Source of the DNA: the human T2T-CHM13v2.0 reference genome, Homo sapiens
Length of the DNA stretch: 64,000 bases
NCBI RefSeq assembly: GCF_009914755.1
Contig: NC_060927.1
Reading direction: 5' to 3' (one strand)
The notes beneath the pieces were generated by a model. The model had not been told where the DNA came from and did no database searches. It was given only the letters and a program-made list of their open reading frames with translations. The position numbers and the translations under genes are program-made. Positions 53,077 to 64,000 of this stretch are shown piece by piece (positions within the stretch are counted from its first letter, which is position 1; each line of letters starts with the position of its first letter).

Positions 53077-54365
53077 TGAGGTGGGATTACAGGCGTGTGC
53101 CACCACACCCAGCTAATTTTATGTTTTTAGTAGAAACGGGGTTTCACAGTGTTGGTCACTCTGGTCTTGAACTCCTGACCTCAAGTAATCCACCTGCCTC
53201 GGCCTCCCAGAGTGCTGGGATTATAGCGCAAGTCACTGCACCAGGCCAAAATTAGTTTTTATGCATGCCTAAAGATGTTTATGCTGTAGACTTTTTTTTT
53301 TTTTTGAGACAAAGTGTTGCTCTGTTGCCCAGGCTGGAGTGCAGTGGTGTGATCTCAGCTCACTGCAACCTCAGCTTCCCCAGTAGCTGGGATTACAGGC
53401 GCGCACCACCACACCCGGCTAACTTTTGTATTTTTAGTAGAGACAGGGTTTCACCATGTTGGCCAGGCTGGTCTCGAACTCCTGACCTCGTGATCCACCC
53501 GCCCCAGCCTCCCAAAGTGCTGGGATTACAGGCGTGAGCCATCGTGCCATTGCACCTTAGCCTGGACAACAAGAGCAAATCCTATTGTCTTCACCCACTC
53601 CAAGCCAATTAAAATCTCTGGGAAAGTGTTTTAATCATTGCCCCACCTTTTCTTCTACAGCCAATGTGTTCCTTTAAAATTTTAAGTCAGGTGCAGTGGC
53701 TCACACTTGTAGCCCCAGCATTTGAGAGCCCTAGGTGGGAGGATTGCTTGATGCCAGGAGATAGAGGCTGCAGTGAGCTATGATTGGGCCACTGTACTGC
53801 AGCCTGGGTGACAAGACAACCCCGTGGTCTTTAAAGGAAATATATATAAAGTCATATCCTTTGTACATTGCTCGAACCACAGTAGTTTCTCTCATTCAGT
53901 AAAAGCCCGTCATTAAGAGCTCCATAATTCTCTTTATCTCAGCTGGGATTAACCCCTTGGTGTCTTCAGTCTTTCTTCCGGCCAGGACACACACTCCTTG
54001 GCCCCAGTGCCTGCGCTAGTCATCCCGTGATCACTTCATGGCATTTCCCCTCCCTTTCCAGTCTTTGTTCCATGGTCACCTCAGTGAGACCTTCCTTGGC
54101 TATTTAAAATGGCAGGTAATTCCTCCTTTCTGTACACACAAATATCCTCACACTTGTCCTTTTTTGCTATTTTTTCAATATTGCCTCTGTTATCATCTGA
54201 CCTATGTATTTTCCTTAAACTTACTTGGTTATCATGTGAAAGATTTTTGTTTTATAGCTGCTGTATTTTACAGAAGGGCCTGGCATACAATAGTTACTCG
54301 ATAAGTATCTGTTGAATGAATGGTGTTCTAGGCATTTAAAGTTTCTCAGGTGATGAAGTGGGTAA

Positions 54366-54632
<267 letters not shown>

Positions 54633-54638
54633 TGATGA

Positions 54639-55263
<625 letters not shown>

Positions 55264-55646
55264 TGAATAAATAGTTTTCTGGTGAAGATATTTATTGGGC
55301 ACTGAAGTAATTGTTAGAAAGCAACAATTCAACAGTTACGCCTGGCATAATTGTTAATATTTTGCCATTTCCATCATGTCAGTCTTGTTAGAACAGGTGT
55401 TAGTAGCTTTATTTTGTACATGAAGAAAACAGACTCTCATGTTCCTAGGTCTCAGGTCTTTGGTGCCAGCCTTGGACTCTAAATTTTTCTCAATTTTCTC
55501 CTGTAATTTTTCTCAAATAGTTCGTACTTTTTCTTTAGGGTCCATTTTGGAATGTAGACTGTATATTCTTGGGACCAAGAATATATGCATACCATGTATT
55601 CTTGGGGCCAGGGGGTACTGTTGAACCCTGCTAAGTGGTTCATTAG

Positions 55647-55997
<351 letters not shown>

Positions 55998-56204
55998 TGA
56001 GCCACAGCACCTGGCCAGTACATGTTTTTTATGAGTGCCGGTTCTTACGGTATGTTCACGTAGAGACTGAAGGCTATAAAAACTTTCCTTACCACTAGAA
56101 CATGTAATTGGTAGCCTTTCAGAGATTTATCCGTATTACGGTTCTTGATTTGTAGACGTATATATAACATTCACCTAATGTTTTGTGTTCTTTTTTCCCT
56201 GCAG

Positions 56205-56228
56205 ATGCTGTACCCCTCAAGGATTTAA
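56205..56228 (+). CDS. RPL35A: RPL35A exon 5 coding part (MLYPSRI*)
   Basis: ttttttccctgcag|ATG; TAA at 56226-56228; total CDS 333 nt = 110 aa. Confidence 0.97.
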   Translation: MLYPSRI

Positions 56229-56242
56229 ACTAACGAAAAATC

Positions 56243-56252
56243 AATAAATAAA
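56243..56252 (+). terminator. RPL35A: RPL35A proximal polyadenylation signal (two overlapping AATAAA)
   Basis: aataaataaa 15 nt after the stop, followed by a GT/T-rich element. Confidence 0.85.
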
Positions 56253-59200
56253 TGTGGATTTGTGCTCTTGTATTTTTAAGTGGATTAAAAAACTTACTAC
56301 CTTAAATTGATTTGCTACATGCTTAAAATGATAGAGGTTGCTCAGCATTTTTGGAGTACAAGGGGGTCAGAGAGACATGTGATGAAAATTACAGGGCGAG
56401 TACAGAGATTTAGAAGGGAACGGGTTTTAATGCGAGTATCTTTGACAGAGTCTTGCTCTGTTGCCCATGCTGGAGTGTAGTGGTGCTCGCTGCAGCCTCA
56501 CATTCAAAGGCTCAAGCAATCCTCCCTTGGCCTTTGAAGTAGCTGGGACCACAGGCTCATGCCACCATCCCTGGGTCATTTTTAAATTTTTTGTAGAGAG
56601 GGTCTGACTCTTGCCTATGCTGGCTTCAAACTCCTGGGCTCAAGCAATCCTCCTTCCTTGGCCTCTCCTGAAGTGCTGGGATACAGTTATGAGCCACCAC
56701 ACCTGCCAAGTGCTTTGTGATACTATGCATTTGTTCAATGCAGATTGGGAAACTTAAAATTTGAATGGAGATTATGTTGATGGGCTTTGGCAGTTCATTT
56801 GGATAGACTGGGATGAGAAGCTCTTGGGACTTGTGACTGGACAAAGCATTCCAGTATATTAAAATAAAATTAAGCCATATTACTCCACTCATAAAAAGCA
56901 ATCCTATGGTAGGTACATGGAGGTTGGGAATAGTGCACGGAAAGGTGGCAGCTTTCTTTGGCTTCATGTTTTAATCTGGTAAAGTTCAAGATTGCACTTT
57001 AAGCAGGCCTCCTAAATATTTTAGATTTCTTGGGGATATGCTAAAATAAAACAACTAAGGCATCAGTTTTGCTGTATGGTTTTTTTTTTTTTTTTGAAGA
57101 CAAGGTCTTGTTTTGTTGCTTGGGCTGGAGTGCAGTGGCGTGATTACAGCTTACTGCAACCTCAACCTCAACCTCCTCGGCTCAGGCAAACCTCCTGCCT
57201 CAGCCTCCTAAATAGCTGGGGCCACAGGCATGTGCAGCCACAACCAGTTAACTTTTTAGTTATTTGTGGAGATGGGCCTCACTATGTTGCCCAGGTAGTA
57301 CTACATTTCTAACTGATGCAGTAACAGTCTTTTTTTCTGCCCCCTGAGGGTTACTGATCTCTACAGCACAGGTAGTTTTTTAAATTAACATCTTTAAATT
57401 GCACTGAAAATGTCAACAAGAAACTGGGAGTTTGCCACCTAAGCCCTTTTGCAGTTTTGCAGCGTGTATGGGTTCTCTTGTCTATGCTGCAAAAGAATTA
57501 ACATGCTGGAAATGTATTAGGATAAGAGGGTGAAAGAAAGGATTGGGTAGGAAAAGCACACTGGCTGTTGTGTTATTTGGTCTTCCATCTCCTGGAGACA
57601 GGACTGAGAAGGAAAGTTTTTGTAGTAAGGGAAAAGAGTGGGAATACTGTCCAGCTTTCCCACTTCCCCTTCCTCCAGTAACATCCTGTTACAAATCTGC
57701 TAACCTACAAAGAGGGTAGTGAGATATACTGACCCAAGAGAAAGCAAGACGCCCTCCCCCAGAGGTCCCTCTGTCACACTGGCAGTTCTAAGAAAGGTTT
57801 GGTCAGTCCAATGGTGGTATGCAAGCCAAAGCTGCCATTGTTGGAGTCCCGTGCTTCGTGGACATGGGCTTGTGTTAGTACTCTGCCAGGCTCATTTATT
57901 AGGATTGTGGTGGTTTTTTTTTTTTTTTTTTTGAGACAGTCTTGCTCTGTCGTCTAGGCTGGAGTGCAGTGGCGCAATCTTGGCTCACTGCACGCTCCGC
58001 CTCCCGGGTTCACGCCATTCTGTCTCAGCCTCCCAGGATTGTGGTTTTAAGGCAAACAAAGTGCACTGATGCTGTATTCACCAGAAGTGAGCAGTACTTC
58101 AAGGCCGGAAGTTGGAAGTTGTATATTAGAATGCTAATGAAATTGAACTTGGGAATTACGCAGTCAGCGCGAGGAAGTGCTGATCTTGGACACCCACTCC
58201 AAAAGGCCAACATAAGCTAAAAGTACCTACTGTGTTCATTGTGCCAGTTAAGTAGATGTGATCAGTAGTACTCGGGGTATTCAGGGATAGAGGCATGTAG
58301 GTATACTGGCTGCGTAACATAAAACCGTAAAGTGTAGAGGAAGAAATAGGGCGGCATCTCAAAGAGGAAATGGCAGGAAGATTTTAGGAACACAAGTGGC
58401 TGACTGGAAAGTCCAGAAAACTAAAATGCCACATGAGAGGTCTCCTGTACTGAACTGAGGATCTTAGGCTTAAGATTGTTCTTGAGTGTAATACAACGTC
58501 ACTGAAGAACTTGATTCACAGGAAATTTTAAAATTTACTCATTTGAGACAGGGTTTCTGTTGCCCAGCCTGTAGTGCAGTGGTGTGATCATAGCTCACTG
58601 CACCTTTGAACTTCTAGGCTCAGACAATCCCCTGCCCACAACCTCCAGAGAATCTGGTGCATGCCAGGCACGTCCAGCCAATTAAAATGTTTTTTCGGGG
58701 TCCCAGGCTGGTCTCGATTCCTGGCCTCAAGTGATCCCCCTGCCTTGTTCTCCTAAAGTACTGGGATTACAGATATGAGCCACCAGCTCAGATTATTTCA
58801 AATCCCAATGGCATCCCAGCATAAACAAGGGAAAATTAGGTGGGCTTTTCAGTCTCAAATGGAGAATTCTAACATGTTTCTGGCTTTGGGGGCTGGATGG
58901 ATAATGGTGCATTTACAAAGTTGGGGAATCAGGAGATGGTTTTGTGGGAGGAGCTAAAGTTGAATTTGAGGAAGCTGTAAGATGTTAACCTGTGGACATA
59001 TCCATGAAGACAGATGGGTATTTCAGGTCTGGGTTAGGCATATGGAGAAGTGGATGGTATTCTGAGTGGAACAGACACACGGTAAGTGGTAGGCATCTGA
59101 GCAAAGCGGGGGAAAACAAACGGTTGAGACTTTAACTCGAGTAACTTACATGTGCAATGGCAAATGAGACTCAAAAGCAAATACATGCTCTTCCTTACTG

Positions 59201-59380
59201 AGATGATGCAGCATTTGTAAATAATAAATGTATGTTTTTATGTTTTTCTCCTCCCATATGGAAATTAAGTCAAAAGTACTCAAGTCACCGTTGCCAAAGG
59301 AGGAGTCCTGTGGTTTACAGGAAAGGGCTTGCGTGGCTGGTAACTTGTCCACTACACCATTGAAACAGCTTTGCCTCCTG

Positions 59381-59684
<304 letters not shown>

Positions 59685-59983
59685 TCAGCATAACACTATT
59701 GTTACAGCCAGGAGCTTAGGATGACTGGTTCCATTCTTTATTCACAATAGCAATTTATTTGTGGTATTGTAGTGGAAAGGGCACGTTTCCTAAGTTACAA
59801 ATGTGGTTTGGAATCCCACCTTCCACTAGTTGTGGGATGATACACACATTTAGTGAGTATTTACTTGTAAAATGGTAATACTTAAAACACCACCCCATCC
59901 TCGTAGCTGAATCTCCACCCATAGTTTGTAACTTGAGGTTTTCCTTCTTTCCTACTCCTTCATTTCCCAGTATAGTAGCTTAC

Positions 59984-60300
59984 CTATTCAATTCCCGTTG
60001 AATGACTTCCAGCTCAGTGAGTTCGTAATTTTACTTCTTAGTGTCATGAGCCACTGGGATTTGTCCCAATTTCCCATTTTGTATAGTTCCTCACGGCTCA
60101 GTTTCGAAGGCAAGGTTTCCTTAATGGCCAGGATCCCCCTTATCTCAGGTGCAGTGGCAATTCTTGGCTGGAAACTAAAAGATGGAGTTGAGTAAAACAG
60201 TAAACGGTGTATCATAGATTTTTATAGGAAATGGCGTTAGTTAAGTAATGGGCCTAAAGTTGGTGACTCAGGATAAGTAAATGAAAGTATTCCACTCACC
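59984..60300 (-). other. IQCG: Candidate distal non-coding first exon(s) of IQCG
   Basis: Strong minus-strand donors TAG|gtaagc (exon end 59984) and AAG|gtgagt (exon end 60300) immediately behind the LMLN CpG island. Exon starts cannot be determined from sequence. Confidence 0.5.
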
Positions 60301-60419
60301 TTTTCATACAGAGGACTACACTGAAAGATTTTGCAGAGGGTTGTATGTACGTCTAAACACCTGGCACCTAGTAGGTGCATGTCACTTTGGTAAATGAAAG
60401 AACTGAAAAACTGCCTCAA

Positions 60420-60960
60420 GACACCCACATACGGCCAACGCCCGCTAGCCTTTCTTCCTCCCACAGCCCCACTCACGTGGGCCTCCAAACAGCATTTATT
60501 GGCCGGCTTCGCGCCACGAGACGCGATGGACGTGATCGCCGCCCTCATCTTCTGCGGCGAACTTCTAGCGGGTGACGCTGTCCAATCGGAAAGCGCCTTT
60601 CCGCCGGCTGGGCCCTCCGTCTACCCCCAGCGGCGAGGGGCGGGGCCGGCGCGGGCGCAGAGGCGTCACGCACTCCATGGTAACGACGCTCGGCCCGAAG
60701 ATGGCGGCCGAATGGGGCGGAGGAGTGGGTTACTCGGGCTCAGGCCCGGGCCGGAGCCGGTGGCGCTGGAGCGGGTCTGTGTGGGTCCGAAGCGTTTTAC
60801 TCCTGTTGGGCGGGCTCCGGGCCAGCGCCACATCTACTCCCGTCTCCTTGGGCAGTTCCCCTCCCTGCCGGCACCACGTCCCCTCTGACACTGAGGTAGG
60901 GCGACATGGGCGGGAGCGGGCCCTCTCAGGGTAAAGTCACCCAGAAGGAGCAGGCGTAGG
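60420..60960. promoter_or_regulatory. CpG island / bidirectional LMLN-IQCG promoter
   Basis: High GC and CpG. CCAAT at about 60582, GC box ggggcggggc at about 60637-60646, CRE half-site cgtca at about 60664, X-box half CCATGGTAAC at 60675-60684, YY1 AAGATGGCGG at 60698-60707. Confidence 0.85.
60677..60895 (+). CDS. LMLN: LMLN (leishmanolysin-like peptidase / invadolysin) exon 1: [16 protein letters not shown]...[10 protein letters not shown]
   Basis: Recognisable LMLN N-terminus with hydrophobic signal-like stretch; 219 nt; donor GAG|gtaggg. The rest of the gene is beyond the window. Confidence 0.93.
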
Positions 60961-61133
60961 AGATAGTGACTGGGAGAAGGTGTCCTGGATGAGAAAGCGA
61001 AATTGGGGCAGAGCCTGACTCTTACAGGCCTGGGACCCGCTCTCAGCTCCCTACACCCTGCAAGTTGGCTGTTAGGCGCTCAGAACAGTATCACTTCTGT
61101 GCGGAGGGTTGTGCTTAGCAGTAGCCCTCGAGG

Positions 61134-61316
61134 AGTGGTTTTCAAACTTGAGCGTGCATCACAGTCACCCGACGCACATGGTACAACACGGATTGCCGCC
61201 CTCAGTCCCCCACTTAGTGACTCAGTAGGTCTGGGATGAGTCCCCAGAGTTGACAGTTTACGTTCCCAGCTGGTTGGTGAGATATGCTTGTCCGGGGACC
61301 ACTTTAGGAACCGCTG
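61134..61316. mobile_element. MER5A-like hAT remnant
   Basis: agtggttttcaaacttgagcgtgcatca...gactcagtaggtctggg...ggggaccactttaggaaccgctg. Confidence 0.65.
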
Positions 61317-62469
61317 ACCTGAAGTTTCGGGAAGACATTGAACGGAGAGCCAGATAGAGGCGTTGGTGGGACGTTGGGGGCTCACTGGAGACAAAATTCA
61401 GGTTTCTTTTCACGTTATGTCGTCACTTTGTTTGCTTTACCCGGTTCCTCTGCTCTGGAAGTGCCTGCCCGCCTCCCATCCCATTTTTCTCTCTGCTTAA
61501 ATTCTTTGTCTCATTTCAAATTCCCTAACCTCAAGGCAGCCTGCTGAAACCACCACAGCGCAATATTCTTTTCATTAAAAAGTACATCGTGTCTGTACTC
61601 CCTCCTGGCATTTAACCAAGTACTGCTATGGGATAATGGCTTATTTTTTAGGCGTATCTTGCCTTTGCAGTTAGATTATAAGGTTCCGTGGGATAAGGTT
61701 TGTGTTTCATACTTTGATTCCTTCACAGTATTTAGGTCAGAGGTGGGTCCACGATAATCCATATTCTTTGAGAAAGGGAGAGTACCTGGGGCAGGGCTGC
61801 ATGCTGATACACCTACACATGTTCAATTCAGCCCAGAAATCTAAAGACACTCATTTTTATGGTAATTTCCCAAAATGTTACATGCATACTCTTCATAACC
61901 AAGTGAGCCAAAATATTAACTTCGGAGTTTATAGCTTTTTTGCAGCTTTTATCATGCTGCATTTTCGCTGAATTCTTTAAAAAAAATTTCCCACAAAACC
62001 CTGCACTTCTCTCTTTTAATTTGGATTAAAATAAGAGAAAGAGTCCTGGTCCCTAATACGTTTCGCTAGTTCCTCATAGAGTATATAAATACCCTGTCGT
62101 CCTCACTATTCTCCTTGTTTTAACCTGGACACGGAGTATAGCCAGGAGCTACAGTGTTCACTGTAGTTACGCTAATGACTATACCTCTGTTCAATGCTAC
62201 AGGAAATTACATAACTTTTTTGGTTTTGGTGGTGTTGGGGAGCTACAAAACAGTTTTACTTTTTAACTGGTTCTCAACTAAAGCCTGTAAGTTTTGTTTT
62301 TACCTTTTATTACGCCGGTACAAACAACATCAGAATAATTTAATGAACCCGCATGGACCCATCACCTAGCTTTAACACCTAGCTTTAAGGTTCCGCCATT
62401 CTTGTTTCATATACTTTCAGCCATTCCGCAGCCCCCTACTTGAGTTACTGTTCTTTTGAAGTTTTTTGG

Positions 62470-64000
62470 TAAAATTTACATATATTGAAATGCCACAAAT
62501 GTATCCATGCACATCCACATAAAGCATACAACCCATCACAACATAGAACGTTCCCACATCTCCAGACGTTCCCTCCTGTCCTGTGCCAGTCTCCTGCCCA
62601 CCCCAGGCAACTAGTTTTCTAATTGTTTTTTTTTTAAATACTAGATTAGTTTGGCCAATTCTAGAGCTTCGTGTATTGAATGGAATTATATGGTATGTAC
62701 TCCTCTGTATTTGGCATCTGCTCAGCATTATGTCTGTGAGATTCGTGTTGTATGTGATAGTAATTTATTCCTTTGAATTGCTGAGTATTCCATTGAATAC
62801 TTATATCACAATTTGTTTTTCCGTTATCTTGTTCAAAGATGGGTATTTTGGTTTCTTCCAGATTTTAGCTATTATAAATAAAGCTGCTGTCAATATTCTT
62901 GTACAGTAATTTTTGTGGATATATGTTTTCATTGTTCTTGGATAAATACCTAGGGGTGAAATTACTGGGTCAAGGGTAGGTGAATGTTTATAAAAAATAC
63001 TAACCCTTTCTCCAAAATACTCTACCATTTTACACCCCCATCAACAAAATATTAGTTATGGTTGCTGCATATCCTCACCAACAGATGTCCTTTCTAAGAA
63101 ATCTTTAAATACCCCCTAGGTCATAAAAATATTCTCCTGTGTTCTAGAAGCCTTCACTTTTAGGATTATGATTCATCTGAAATTAATTTTTATATATGAT
63201 GTGAGATAGGGGATCAATATCCTTTTTTTTTTTTTTTGCCCCATATGGGTATTCAGTTGCCTGGATTATGTACCTCTGTAATAAATATTGAAATCAGACA
63301 GTATTGTTATTGTAAGCATTCCTGCTTTGTTCTTCCTTTTCAAAATGATTTTGGCTATTTTAAGGCTTTTATATTTCCATATAAATTTATTTATTTTTTG
63401 GCAGGGGGAGGCTCAAAGACAGATCCATATAAATTTTAGAGTCAGCTTCTCAGTTTCTTCAAAAAAGCCTGATGGGTTTATGATTGGGATTGCATTTACT
63501 CTATAGATGATTTGGAGATAATTGACATCTAACAGTATCAAGTCTTTCAATCCATGAACATAATGTATGTTTCTCCATTTATTGAGGTGATGCATAATTT
63601 TTCTCAGCAAAAATGTATAGATCTTGCATTTTTTCTTCTGTTTTCTTTTCTCTCTCTTTTTTTTTTTTGTTTTGTTTTGAGACAGTCTTGCTCTGTCACT
63701 CAGGCTGGAGTGCAGTGGCAGAATCATAGCTCACAGCAGGCTTGAACTCCTGGGCTCAAATGATCCTTCTGCCTTAATCTCCCAAGTAGCTGGGACTCCC
63801 AAGTATGCGCCACTACACTTGGCTAATTTTTTATTTTTTGTTGAGACAGAGTCCAGGTGGGTTTTGAACTCCTGGCCTTAGGCGATCCTCCTGCCTCGAC
63901 CTCCCAAAGTGCCAGGATTACAGGCATGAGCCGCCGTGCCCAGCCAGATCTTGCATGTTTTTTGTTAAATGTTTTCCTAAGTCTTTTATTTTTTGATGCC
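62470..64000 (-). mobile_element. Old antisense L1 (L1ME/MC-like) fragments plus an Alu
   Basis: L1 ORF2-like peptides DPVISPLGIYPR..ALFIIAKIWKKPK and IYRVNAIPIINPSGFF on the minus strand. Confidence 0.7.

Noticed and set aside
60394-60888. 164-aa ORF overlapping the LMLN promoter and exon 1 in another frame
   Set aside because: It starts upstream of the likely TSS, and GC-rich CpG islands are naturally depleted of stop codons.

Overview
This is primate, most likely human, genomic DNA from the 3q29 IQCG(DRC9)-RPL35A-LMLN locus. IQCG is on the minus strand. Seven coding exons covering codons 1-321 lie between 13131 and 46081, and the last exons, including the IQ motif, fall left of the window. 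RPL35A is complete on the plus strand (5 exons, 110 aa, 5'TOP start, 50643 to about 56270). LMLN exon 1 is on the plus strand (60677-60895). RPL35A and LMLN each start in a CpG-rich promoter that faces IQCG head-to-head and carries YY1 and RFX X-box-like motifs. The rest is very Alu-rich, with an internally deleted L1MA-type element, ERVL/MaLR and hAT remnants, and four minisatellites (41, 66-73, 56 and 57 bp units). The main unexplained signal is in the IQCG intron 14499-26479. After Alus are excised at their target-site duplications, the unique sequence reads on the minus strand as a long, nearly open frame (about 289 codons, 2 internal stops, 1 frameshift). Further upstream islands have good splice acceptors. 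Together these suggest a dead nested gene or lost IQCG exons. Repeat subfamily names come from recognising consensus-like sequence by eye and have not been checked with RepeatMasker.
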